DNA of 64,000 nucleotides from a virus, in the IMG/VR virus record IMGVR_UViG_3300032770_000009, positions 52,569 to 116,568 of that record; one strand, given 5' to 3'. Below the pieces are notes generated by a model. The model was not told where the DNA came from and made no database searches. It was given only the letters and a program-made list of their open reading frames with translations. Shown one piece after another: positions 20,157 through 30,780 of this stretch; within the stretch, counting starts at the first letter, position 1, and every line of letters starts with the position of its first letter. The translations under genes and the position numbers were made by a program.

Positions 20157-21396
20157 TTAGGGTTTGTCAACCCATTTCCTAGACCAGTTAGGGACCTTGC
20201 CTGTTTGTCCTGATATACGACGCTTTACGAGATACGTTCCTACCATGTCAGCCGCTAGCTGGTCATTACTAGACAAAGTAGGATAAAGCGCACCGAAAAG
20301 ATTCCACCACAAATCATCAGTGATTATAGCGCCGGTAGTAACGAATTCATGAACTCCTGGCATGTTGTCATCGAATTGAGATGCGATGGCGTGTGCTGTT
20401 CCGTCACTGATTTCGTTTCCAGCATGCTGTGCTTTACGGCAGGCTTCGTGGATCTTGTAATCGTCCGTGTAATTCTCTGACTGAATGCTGAGAACAGGAA
20501 TAAGAACACGGATAAACGCAGCCTGTTCGTGAATCGGAACATCAGGCATTTCTGTTACCTGCCGTTCCTCAGACATACCGTGATTTGATGACCACTTACG
20601 GAACCACACACTACGGTCAGAGTGTATTTCCAGTGCCCCGCCGTTAAGTGGCGTGGTGAGGTAAAATTCGTCGTCTATGGCCGCTAGGGTCATCGCTCCG
20701 TTAAGAAGAACTGAAAGCTCTGATATATCCATTGCTCACCTGTAACTAAGAGTGAATAGTTCTACGGGTGTGGAATGATTCACGCATTTAACTACAAGCC
20801 AAGTAGCCGCGCCTTTACGCCTTGATGCTGATCTCTGCTCTGTTTCTATAGCAGGATTATCACAGCAGTCATCGATAAGCGTTTGTTTAGTAGTTTGATG
20901 CAGTGGATTTTTTGTCAGACGGAGTATCATTATTTCTCCGTTATTACGCGCGGCGTGCTGGCTTATGCAAGCAGCAAGCTTATACACCAAGCTGTAATCT
21001 TTCGAAAGATTACATGACTCTTCCGCGCTTGTGATAGTTGGATAAAAGGCTCGCGTGGTTATCCTATCGTCGCTTGCACCAGCCCGCTTAGCATAGCCGA
21101 TTTTGTTCTGCTAAGGTGTTAGTTTAGAACAGCGGTGCGGTACCCATTGTGAAAATGAAACCCACATCCGAATTGTAGGACAGGATCTTGTATTCGAGAG
21201 TGAAATTGCTGATGTTAATGCTCTCCTTGGTAAGCCCGAAATCCGGGTTAAGGATAAGCTGGAGAAGCATAGTAGCGGCCTGCATTTCATCGGCACCATC
21301 CTTAAGAAGGACAGTCTGCGCTTCCACCACCGAAACTACCCCGGAAACAGTACTCACGTCTCCCGACACTACTACAACCATTGGGCGGTCAGTCAT
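20157..21396 (-). CDS. hypothetical genes (20157-20732, 20736-20990, 21124-21396)
   Basis: Minus-strand ORFs; 21396 start has AGGAGG RBS below promoter TTGACA(21467)-N18-TAGCTT. Confidence 0.6.
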
Positions 21397-21505
21397 CTTT
21401 CTACCTCCTGTTTGGTGCCCGTTGGGCTCATGTCTACAAGCTACACCATGGGGGAGAAGCTTGTCAAATCTTGGTGTAAAATCGGACATTAGGTAGTATT
21501 GCAGG

Positions 21506-21841
21506 TCAGACCATGAACGGGCGGTAAGACAAGGTGTAGAAGTCATAGCCTACGGCCTTTACTTCTTCTACAGTCAGAATCTTACCCTCTGGTGGCCTGC
21601 CCTTAAGTTTGAAGCACAAGCACACATCTTCTAGCTTGTGGCTGTACTCTATGCGGTTAACTGGCACCGTGATGCCTAGCAGTTCAGTTAGTATCTGTGC
21701 TGTGGACTCATGTCCTATAGCGGAGATGATGTCATCACTGTAGATCTCGACAAGAGTTAGCGCATCTGCTAGAGTCCTGTCTAGTAGCCAGTACCTACCT
21801 GGTACGGTTACGATGGTGGTGTTAAGTAGAACTAGAGCCAT
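21506..21841 (-). CDS. acrIII-1: DUF1874 / AcrIII-1-family ring nuclease (anti-type III CRISPR)
   Basis: LLNTTI start, ISAIGHESTAQIL, VPVNR and L.GRPPEGKIL motifs of the YddF/STIV B116 family. Confidence 0.85.
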   Translation of the reverse strand: MALVLLNTTIVTVPGRYWLLDRTLADALTLVEIYSDDIISAIGHESTAQILTELLGITVPVNRIEYSHKLEDVCLCFKLKGRPPEGKILTVEEVKAVGYDFYTLSYRPFMV

Positions 21842-21850
21842 GTCACTCTC

Positions 21851-23040
21851 TTACTGGTAGGCGTAGCGGCTGAGACTGTAATCGTAGTCGCCGTATTCGT
21901 CGTAGAAATCACTAGGACCATGACTACTGGAGTTAATTCCTATATTAAATTCCGTGGTTCGGTTGTTACGCTGATGATTCACACCTTGCCTTGTTCGTCT
22001 TCTGGAGTTGAAACGCACCTTGCCGTTATAAGCGCGGTGCGGGTTTTCAGGGTCGAACTTAAAGCTTTTTGACATTAACTAGATTATCCGATCTTGAGAT
22101 TTTTATTTCTCTTTTTATTATAAGCTCCCGCCGCTGGATTGAACCAGCGCAAATGCATTCCTTCGCGGGATAACCATTTACTACTTGATGCAATTGCCCT
22201 TTTCATCATGCTCATGGCCGGTAATAGTTTCCATTAGCGTTTCTTGTGGCAAACCTAGAATCCCCGCTATAATCTCGATGATGATGGACATCTGCACACC
22301 CTGAATGATGTCTAGTGACTCCTCGTCACCATCAAGGTTTGTTTCGTCATCGCGTGTGATATCCGAAACAGTGACCTGGAAGTCACGCAGAGACGGAGAC
22401 GAAAGAAGCTCGTTAGCAACGAACTCCAGTGTGTCATTTCTAAGCACTTCATCAGGAACATTATCGTTGAAGCTACTTAGGTACGAGAGCGTAACCTTGC
22501 GCTTAGCCATTTTGCTGTACCTCCGGTCGTGTTTCGCGTACTATAATTTAATTTCTGAATTAACTTTTACGTTATTGGCTGTGGCGGGTTTTGTCCTGGT
22601 TTGTCCCGCCTTACCGTCATTTTCTCAGGGACGGCGTTCACCAGATCTAAAAATTAGATTTCCTGGTCGTCGTCAACCGGCCTGTCAGAGTTAAGCTCAC
22701 GCTCCGCGCGCTCCGCACGGCTCATGGCGTCGATTGCCTGGTAACGTGAATCCTCACCATAACGCTTAACGTAGCTAAGCGCGTCATGAAGCGGGGTAAG
22801 ATTGATAACCGACAGAGACTCGTCAGCTTCAAGAGTAGTGATAAGACCACGCAGAGCATTCGCCACGGTCTTGTAGGCATCTACCTTAGCCAGGTTCTTC
22901 TGCTCGTTGTCACGGTAAGACTTGACGCTAGCCTGGCTAGTAGCAAGGCGCTCGGCTTCCTTCTTAGCCTTGCGGTCAGCAGTGAAGTCAGTGTGAGTAA
23001 CAGGGGCGAAAGCGATCTTGGCAGAAGCAGTAGCAGTCAT
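21851..23040 (-). CDS. hypothetical genes (21851-22075, 22181-22510, 22654-23040)
   Basis: GGAGG RBS before 22510 and 23040. Confidence 0.6.
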
Positions 23041-23237
23041 TTGTTGTTTTCCTCCTAGGAATCGGGGTTTGTTATTTGTTGCTTGTCACATGTGGCTAGT
23101 CTAGTCACTTCGGGTAACTTCTCTAGCTAGAGAGTCAGTGAGCGTTCTGTCTTTTGAACTATAAGTACAATTCCCGGCTGACTAACGGTTACTCGTTGAA
23201 GGATTCGAACCTTCCTAGTTTCTCGCTGACAGAAAGA

Positions 23238-23301
23238 ACACTACAGGGTTGACGGCCGTTTGTCAAATCCGACTTTCAGGGCAAATCGGACATTTCGGAC
23301 T
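23238..23301 (-). promoter_or_regulatory. promoter with four phased GGACA-like boxes
   Basis: TTGACA(23266)-N17-TAGTGT-TCTTTCTGTCAG, identical -10/+1 context to the promoter at 411. Confidence 0.82.
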
Positions 23302-23317
23302 GAAAATCGGTATGGCC

Positions 23318-23422
23318 CTGTACGGGGCAGAGAGCCAATCTAAGACAGGAAAGGGTCTAGGTCATGGAATTTGACCTAGACCCCCCTTTAAAGCCTTGTA
23401 CGTGGCGCTGTGAGCCGTACAG
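23318..23422. repeat. dispersed ~105-bp element, copy 3
   Basis: Imperfect terminal inverted repeats CTGTACGG..CA.AG.GCCA; internal hairpin GGGTCTAGGTCA/TGACCTAGACCC. Confidence 0.65.
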
Positions 23423-23807
23423 AGCCTAATCCTGCTGATCGAAGACATACACTTCGTCTGAGTCGTCAAATTCGTAAGATTGGAGTGTACCGGGAATAAC
23501 TTTGAATTCTAGCCTGTTAATAAAATTGGGATGCTGCACCGCCTCTACACGCACTACCGGAATCGTGGTATTATAACCGTCCGACTCAGGCTGACCTAGT
23601 GACTTGTACACTACAGTGTCCTCTATATTCAGTGAAAACACAGAGTAAGGCTGGAGTTCTTCTATTCCAGTTAGTGTTACGTCGATCATTATTCCTCCTT
23701 GTGTTGTTATATTGTCTGCTGTAAAGTTAAAGCCCCTAAGTTACTTGTTTTCACTTAGGGGCCTGCGCGGTTAATGCCCAATATAGCTTAAGTAAGTTTC
23801 AGGGAGA

Positions 23808-24545
23808 TTAGTACCATCCGTTGGCTAGGTGGAACGTCCACGCTCCACATGCTGAGCCGTATGTTGGATTAACATAATCTTCTACCATCCACTTTAGCTG
23901 TGTTTCACCGTTTGTTGCCCAATCTGCGCCTGCTACAGACATTTTGGACCCAGGAAGTGCCTGGGGAATTCCGTATGCTCCTGAAGAGGGATTGGCGGCG
24001 TAAATATTCCAGCTAGATTCTGAATTGATTATTGAATTAAGGCAGCTAAACTGCTGCTGATTACCTCCGACAAGTTCCAGCGCGTAACTTTGCAATGAGC
24101 CGTTCGCTTGTGACGTATAACTCGTTACGCTTGCTTCTGTAGCGGGTGCACTTGTCTTCGGTGCTGTATAAGGTGTTACATTTTCCACTGCGGGTAGAAC
24201 TATCTTGCAGGTCATATTCTCAGATGGTATCTGCATCCTCTCGCCAGGAGAGATAGCATTAGGATTTGACCCTATCAGCTTCCTGTTGTCACAGTACATG
24301 GATTGCCATGTAAGATGGTAAACAGGAGCTATCGTAGCCAGGCTGTCACCCTTCTTTACTACATAAGTGACTGGCATGTGCGCTGCAACTTGCTTTGATA
24401 CTGCAACTGGACTGCTGTAGTAAACATGCGGTGTCACTTGCGCGCTTGCTGCCTGTGTTGGTTGTATAGCCACTAGCACTCCGACTAGGAGAGTCAGCAC
24501 TAGTGTTAGTACCCGGATGAATCTCATGATTTCCTTTCCGGGCAT
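23808..24545 (-). CDS. secreted LysM + lytic transglycosylase (SLT-like) protein
   Basis: Signal peptide, YVVKKGDSLATIA LysM, ESSWN...AANPSSGAYGIPQAL catalytic motif. Confidence 0.9.
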   Translation of the reverse strand: MPGKEIMRFIRVLTLVLTLLVGVLVAIQPTQAASAQVTPHVYYSSPVAVSKQVAAHMPVTYVVKKGDSLATIAPVYHLTWQSMYCDNRKLIGSNPNAISPGERMQIPSENMTCKIVLPAVENVTPYTAPKTSAPATEASVTSYTSQANGSLQSYALELVGGNQQQFSCLNSIINSESSWNIYAANPSSGAYGIPQALPGSKMSVAGADWATNGETQLKWMVEDYVNPTYGSACGAWTFHLANGWY

Positions 24546-24556
24546 CTTCCGCGAAT

Positions 24557-24586
24557 GAGTAAGGGGGCTTTTACACCCCCTTACTC
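24557..24586. terminator. terminator hairpin
   Basis: GAGTAAGGGGG-loop-CCCCCTTACTC. Confidence 0.65.
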
Positions 24587-24598
24587 TGTAACGACAAT

Positions 24599-26118
24599 TT
24601 AGTATCTGACTGAATACGAGCCGTCTTCGGTTTCTTCACCGTCGTCGTTCCAGTCAGCATCCTCTTCGTCGTAATCTGCACCTTCATATCTTTCTTCATC
24701 AGGCAGATATGAAGTAAAATCATCGGAGCCGTTCCGTTCAATTAGGTATTCTTCAGGGTCGTAATGCACTACCCTATCGGCGTCACTAACTACAGTTAGT
24801 TCCTGCTCGATTTCCGCAAGTTCTTCTTTGGTTGGCTCTAGACCCACGAAGTCACCATCGAACTGAGACATTGCGATTGCCTGCCTTTTCATTTCGCTTC
24901 TTGTAGAACGGTGGTCGTGAATGCCTGCTGCGTTGCTACGTCTAAGTTCGGTAAGACGCCTGCCTACTTCGTTGTTATCGCGCCGCAGTGTTGGCATTTG
25001 AATCTTCCCTGAGATAATTCTATCACCGGCCCGTTACACACCATGCATACTTGGCTCGGGGTTCGGCAGTATAACCGCTGTAAGTCCGAGTGACGGGCAG
25101 GAGAAAAACGGGAAGTTACTGAGAGGATCGACATTTGCTGCCTTTACTTGTGGGTTAGGGTCCGGGTCATCATCATCATCATCGAATTCATCGTCGTCAT
25201 CCCACTTTCCGTCATCCCATGTGATCAGGTAGATTATGGAATGCTTGTACTTTCCATCATCGCTAGTCATATAACGGTGGATCTCGATTTCCAGTTCGTT
25301 TCCTGCATGATCTTCGCAGAACTCGAAATAAGTACCACCTAGCATAAGTGCATTCCGGTAATGATACTCGAAAGTACCTAGTGCCTGCGTTCCGTTGTAT
25401 TCGACGGTGAAGGTGTGTCGCATTGCTTCTCCTTAATCGAGTTCGAATTCTTTGAATGTGTTAACTACCAGGAATTCTTCTATGTCCCAGGAATGCTCAA
25501 TCATGTCATGTCTGGCACAATAAAGGGCCGCCATGCTGCTATAGCTTTTGTGAGTGATTTCCTTCGAAACAGATGAATTCCATACCAAAAATGCTGCTAT
25601 AGACCTGTTATTGCTGTATTCTTTTTGAAGTTTTTCCCTTAGCTCAGATGTTAGCACTGGCTTCGTTGCTGATGTCATGAGCAAGATCCTAGCACGCCTC
25701 CAGAGTGCCTGTCAAGTCGGACACGACGGGGCAAACAGGACATTTCAGGACATCAGGGAGATATGGGGTCAGCTTGGCATGTGCTGTCAGCGTAAACCGT
25801 TGAAAACATGATGGTGTTTGTTATCTTCGGGTTATCTGGGTAATAGTATGTCGCCTGAGTCTGATACCTTCCCGGCTTTACCTTTATGCACTGATACACA
25901 ACTTCTGGCTCATTAGGCTGGTAGTTGTTGTATCCGTAGAGTGGATAAGGTCCGTTTCCGTTGTTCATGCTGTCGTACTGGTTTTCAGCATGAGATGTGT
26001 TGTAGGCAGCATCAGATGCGGCTGTGACAACAGCGTAGGCAGTAACCGCAGTAAATGTCATCGCAGCTATGCAACTAGTAGTAACGATCATCCCACGCTG
26101 GTAACGAGTATTTTTCAT
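24599..26118 (-). CDS. hypothetical genes (24599-24997 and 25034-25423 acidic; 25433-25678 and 25753-26118 leaderless, the latter with an N-terminal hydrophobic segment)
   Basis: ATGs at 25678 and 26118 lie 6-7 nt below -10 boxes. Confidence 0.65.
25686..25752 (-). promoter_or_regulatory. promoter with four GGACA/GGGCA boxes
   Basis: TTGACA(25715)-N18-TAGGAT; boxes at 25719, 25729, 25738, 25748. Confidence 0.8.
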
Positions 26119-26124
26119 GTCTCC

Positions 26125-26179
26125 AAACTACATCACCGTTGCAGCCCTGTCAAGTCGGACAATTCGGACAAAACGGGCA
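26125..26179 (-). promoter_or_regulatory. promoter with three GGACA/GGGCA boxes
   Basis: TTGACA(26153)-N17-TAGTTT; boxes at 26157, 26166, 26175. Confidence 0.8.
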
Positions 26180-26564
26180 GAACCGATTCGGCTTTTTCCT
26201 GATGTGGGCATACACCATTATTAAGTTGCCTACCACAGTTACAATTAAAACACAAAATACGAAGGTCGTCAGGATAGTTATTGTCAACTATCCACTTGTA
26301 TATAGATTTACCTATTTTATGCTCTCTACGTTGCACAGCACCATCGTCATTTATGTGGTCTATGGTTAGGAAGCGGTTTTCTTCCTCTCCACAGCACGCA
26401 CAAAAAGCTCCGTAATGCTCTAGGACAGCGTTTCTTGTTCTTGCGGCTAATAAGCTGCGGCGCTTGTTTTCGCACTCTCTACAGCGAGAATAAGTTCCCT
26501 TAAGTTCTCCACCAGTGAAAGCTTCTAATGGTTTTATCTGTTTGCACACTCTACACAATCTCAT
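26133..26564 (-). CDS. HNH endonuclease with N-terminal Zn finger
   Basis: CRVCK...CRECE; CACCGE..FLTIDHI...LCFNCN. Confidence 0.85.
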   Translation of the reverse strand: MRLCRVCKQIKPLEAFTGGELKGTYSRCRECENKRRSLLAARTRNAVLEHYGAFCACCGEEENRFLTIDHINDDGAVQRREHKIGKSIYKWIVDNNYPDDLRILCFNCNCGRQLNNGVCPHQEKAESVLPVLSELSDLTGLQR

Positions 26565-26787
26565 GTGTTACGCTTTCTACAAATTCTGGGGGAGGTAGTA
26601 CACCCTCACCAAAACATGTTTCGCAATCGTATTCTTCCCACTTGTCTAAGCCAGTACCTTTACATGAAGGGCATATTTCTTCTTCTGCGCTGTCCCATTC
26701 TTCAGTAAATTTATTTACGAGACTGGTTTCTTCATACTGGTCATTATCATAGTTGCTATTCATGTTAAATAACCAACTCAGCGTCAA
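26551..26787 (-). CDS. DnaJ-type zinc-finger microprotein
   Basis: CPSCKGTG...CETCFGEG. Confidence 0.65.
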   Translation of the reverse strand: MTLSWLFNMNSNYDNDQYEETSLVNKFTEEWDSAEEEICPSCKGTGLDKWEEYDCETCFGEGVLPPPEFVESVTHEIV

Positions 26788-28195
26788 CTATGCCTGACTC
26801 AAGTATTAGTGAATCAGCTTGTAACGGCTGGTCTAACTGACGTGTTTTATCCGCTGCTGATTTGCCTAGGAACCGTTCCATAAATCCCTGTCTTGGTGCT
26901 TCTTCTGATGCTGTAACAGTCATAGAGAATGTATTTTTGCTGTTGTCTTGCTTGTTTTTTATCAGACGTCCTAGTCGGTCAATTTCGCTTGAAAGGTTAG
27001 GATCAGAGTAGCCGCCGCTTAAATCCTCTGCCATTTTCATGAAAAGTACCCTGTGAGTCTGCATTTCTATAAGTGCATCCTGTAGAGCTTCCAGTTGCGG
27101 CTTAGTTTTTACCTCAACCGGAATATTGTACAGACAAGTAGAATTAGGCTCAAACCCTGGGCATTTGTCCTTAAGAAAACATGTGTCGCATATTCTCATC
27201 GACTCAGAACGTATATTTATAACTGGCCTTGGCGGCTCGTCAGACATGAAATCTGAGTTTTTAGGAAGTATGTTTGTCATTATAGGCAGGGGTACCGCAC
27301 TGCGTTCTACTGGTGGTTTCATTCGCAGTGAAATATCCTGTGTGACAACTACAGGCACTATATTTTCCGGATCACTGCTATTCGTGTTCGCTGTGTTAGT
27401 AGTAACTCCATTGTTCAAAGACAATATATACTTGCTCCAAGACCAAGCTGAAAGTTTAAGCAACTCGTCCGCATCTCCGTCTTCTATCTTGGAGTAGTCG
27501 AATCCGTTATCGGTAAATAGTGTCCTGTGAGTTTTTGCAGCTCGGTCTTTATAAGATTTCGGATAGCGTTTAAGTTCTCTGCCGGTCCATACAAACAACT
27601 CACCGTAACGAGTAGTAGAAAGCCATGCGGTAGAAGACACTGAAGACCATCTGACCGCTTCTAAAAGTTTCTTAGATGTTATTCCTACGCCGTGCAGTTT
27701 AACGCCGTAGCGCTGAATCATCTGGTTAAACAAGGGAACGTTAGACATATCTCCGTGGATATCCTCTTGCGTTACTCCGACTAGAGTATAAGAAGAACAC
27801 AAGTCTTCCAGTTCTTCATTACCGTAAGCAGGATGCCATACCGGCATAAATTTGTCTTCCGGTAACGAGTTGTAAAATTCAGATCTTAACTGCTTTATAA
27901 CTGGAAGAGTTAACTGCTGTGCATCAAATTCTGCTACTAAATCAACTTGAGAAATATTATTGTTAACAAAACTCATGTATTCTGCTGCTGATTCGTAAAC
28001 TACCTCGAATACAGCGTCAGATTTAGATATAGACATAGATCCTGAGTCGAGAAGTTTCTTACCCGGGTACGACGGTACTTTCTTCTCGTTGCGCATTAAG
28101 TTGAAATAAGATAAAGATATAGGTAAGTTTCCCTGTTCAGCTAAAATATTTCTGAATTTTGGTATCTCACCGCCGCCGAAATACAAATCAGTCAT
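26765..28195 (-). CDS. TGT/DpdA-like TIM-barrel protein fused to a Cys-containing helical domain
   Basis: LLDSGSMS, FMPVWH, KLHGVGIT, SVSSTAW motifs; CDTC....C........C in the C-terminal part. Confidence 0.55.
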   Translation of the reverse strand: MTDLYFGGGEIPKFRNILAEQGNLPISLSYFNLMRNEKKVPSYPGKKLLDSGSMSISKSDAVFEVVYESAAEYMSFVNNNISQVDLVAEFDAQQLTLPVIKQLRSEFYNSLPEDKFMPVWHPAYGNEELEDLCSSYTLVGVTQEDIHGDMSNVPLFNQMIQRYGVKLHGVGITSKKLLEAVRWSSVSSTAWLSTTRYGELFVWTGRELKRYPKSYKDRAAKTHRTLFTDNGFDYSKIEDGDADELLKLSAWSWSKYILSLNNGVTTNTANTNSSDPENIVPVVVTQDISLRMKPPVERSAVPLPIMTNILPKNSDFMSDEPPRPVINIRSESMRICDTCFLKDKCPGFEPNSTCLYNIPVEVKTKPQLEALQDALIEMQTHRVLFMKMAEDLSGGYSDPNLSSEIDRLGRLIKNKQDNSKNTFSMTVTASEEAPRQGFMERFLGKSAADKTRQLDQPLQADSLILESGIVDAELVI

Positions 28196-29866
28196 TAGTC
28201 CCAGTCCCTGTCTTCGTCCAGTTTATCAAGTCTTCTGTCCATAGCCTTAAGCTGTGCCTGCTTTTCTGCTGCCTCCGCGAGCTGTGACCATTCGCTTTGT
28301 GCATGTTCAAAATCAGGACGCCATTTAGGCATAGCATACTGAGCATGACTAAATGTCAGCACGTTGAATCCGTTATTAAGCATTGCTACAGACGCACTCG
28401 GAGACGGCTCTATAACTAACTCTATCTTGTAGCCTCTATTTCGCAGAGAATTAAGTTGCTGTATTTTCCTGTCAGAATCAGATAACCAGTGCCGTTGGCC
28501 GTCGTTGTATTCTACAGCGGTCTGTATATTAAGCGCTTCAATTGACAGCCAGTGATCAAGCTTCTTTCGATCTTGGTCAGAATAGAGAAGAATGTTGAAA
28601 TTCTCTTTTAAAGAATGATACAAAGCTATTCCGGTATGAATAGGAACGGCGGCTAAAGGCTTCATTAGAACACCTTCAACCGCCATTGCAACCGATGATA
28701 CTGGCACTACTTACCCTTAGATAGCATCTGCTGGATCTGAGCATTCTGCTGAGCATCAGTCATACGCTGTGCCATTTGCATCTGAAGAGACACAGTAGCA
28801 TTAGCAGATAGCATAGCTGTTTCCTGAATCTGAATGTCCATAAGCAAAGTTGACAAAGATGATTTTATTTCCTGAGCAGTAGGCTTGCGTTTAGGATTAA
28901 CAGGAACGTTTATATCCGCTTCTAGGGTATAGTTACCCTCTTCGTCTACAAGAACTAAGAAAGCAGTACGGTGAGTGAATTCCTCATCTGCCTTAGCTAC
29001 CTCCTTTTTTGGTTCTTCTTTATTCTGTCCGAGTAAAACTGCGGCCATAACCGTATGTCTCCTTGTCTAGTGGTGTTCCGAACCTGCTGAAAGATCTTTC
29101 ACGCATGTCATAGTGGTTCTGGGTTATATCTCTGAACATAGCATATTGGCTCATGTCAAAGTTCCTGATTTTAATTTCAGCTATATTATCAAACTTTTTT
29201 GAATGCTTGTCTAGAAATTTGAATAATTTGTTTCTGTTACTATCTAGTATCATGCGTGCTTTTAGATATAGATATGCTTCTAACACTTCAAGTGTGCGAT
29301 ACTGCTTATACATCATAGTTATATCCGAATGCTTCTGACGCCTTCTTTTGCTGTACGTGCTGATGGACGGGACAGAATTGGCAAAGATAGATGGAAGGTC
29401 GATGACGCGAATCCATTCCCTCTGCCTTACGCTCTGCTTTAGTATCTGGTTGCAGTCTTTTCTTTTCCGACATGTAATCTTCGCAGTTAAGACGGCGGCC
29501 ATGGTCTACTCTCCAGCATTTCATGGCGTCAACTGAGAAATTGTCTTTAGTGTCATAGAAAGTTTGACCGAAACCAGCACCTTCGCCGGGAGTAGTAAAT
29601 TCTGATGCGAGTTTGTTAAGAATGTCATCTTTGTGCGCAATCCAGTCTGATTGCTCTATTCTTCCTACTCTGACGTCACCATGGAGCTTTTCACCAGAAG
29701 GAGTAAGATGCTCAGATTCTTTCATTCTGAGCCATGTATCACCACGTGGATCACCAGAGTAAGGAGGTAATTCTTCTACTGAACGGCAAGTAGAACATAT
29801 TAGCAGTCGTATAGGCTGCTTCATGTCTTCCATTAACTGTGCCTCGCTATAGAGCTGTTTGCCCAC
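28195..29866 (-). CDS. hypothetical genes (28195-28707 degenerate HAD-like, 28707-29048, part of 29020-29502, 29306-29866 Cys-containing)
   Basis: Coupled minus-strand ORFs. Confidence 0.65.
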
Positions 29867-30060
29867 ATAATGGCTTCTTCTACCTTCATGATAGCCAATG
29901 AACGCTCACGACCGTCAGGACAGCACTTAGCAATAAGACTGGCTAATACAAGACCCATTTTACGAATAGACTGGTATTTTTCAGACTGGTCGCCTACAGG
30001 GGGATGATAAGTGAATCTGTTAAACAAATCATCTTGTGATTCTTCTTTAGTTTGTTCCAT
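29833..30060 (-). CDS. Acb2/Tad1-like helical hairpin protein (putative signalling-nucleotide sponge)
   Basis: RFTYHPP...CCPDGRERSLAIMKVEEAIMWANSSIAR. Confidence 0.65.
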   Translation of the reverse strand: MEQTKEESQDDLFNRFTYHPPVGDQSEKYQSIRKMGLVLASLIAKCCPDGRERSLAIMKVEEAIMWANSSIARHS

Positions 30061-30459
30061 TTAATACTCCTTAATAGTAAACTTACTTTGTATCTGCTGC
30101 TGGTACTACAGGCTCTGGCTGAGTTGCTGTCTTTCCCTCAATCTTAAATTCTAAAGCCTTAAGATACGACAAGCCAGTTGCTACACGCTGCTTAGATGAC
30201 TTGAGAAGTACCTCTTCGTCTGTCTGCACATCAGTGCCAAGATTAGCTACTCTCTGTCGCAACATGTATAGATCTTGCTTAGCATCAGATTCCTCTGCCA
30301 GTGCGTCAGCATACAAATTACGTAACTGTACTTCTGTCTTACCTTCCAAGTCCTTTAACATTGCTGCCATACCTGAAAGGTCATGTTCTGTAGTTGTTAA
30401 CTGTGCTGGGGCGTCATGCGGAGTCCACAGTGAATTTGTTGCGTTTTCGTTTGTAGCCA

Positions 30460-30780
30460 TTATAGATAATCCCTTTCAATATAGTTATCTAGAATATCTC
30501 TGTGTGGTAAGTTTATATACCATTCTATATTTGTATTACATATGTAACAAAGTAAACCGCGAATACACTTTCCGCAAGTTTCTCTACCAGGACAACAAGC
30601 GTGGTCGTGGTCAACAGATAAACGTCTACCATCTTCTTCTGGAGTTTTAGGGCATAAAGCGCAGTGGCCACCCTGAGATTCTAATATGGCGTCATATTCA
30701 TCTAAAGTCATTTTATAAAAATTTTTGAGATATTGCTTAGCGTGTTGTCTGTCTCTGTCTTCTTTAAGCTTATGAGGCAC
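30460..30780 (-). CDS. endonuclease VII-like HNH nuclease
   Basis: Y.MTLDEYD...QGGHCALC...LSVDHDH...IRGLLCYICN. Confidence 0.88.
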   Translation of the reverse strand: MPHKLKEDRDRQHAKQYLKNFYKMTLDEYDAILESQGGHCALCPKTPEEDGRRLSVDHDHACCPGRETCGKCIRGLLCYICNTNIEWYINLPHRDILDNYIERDYL

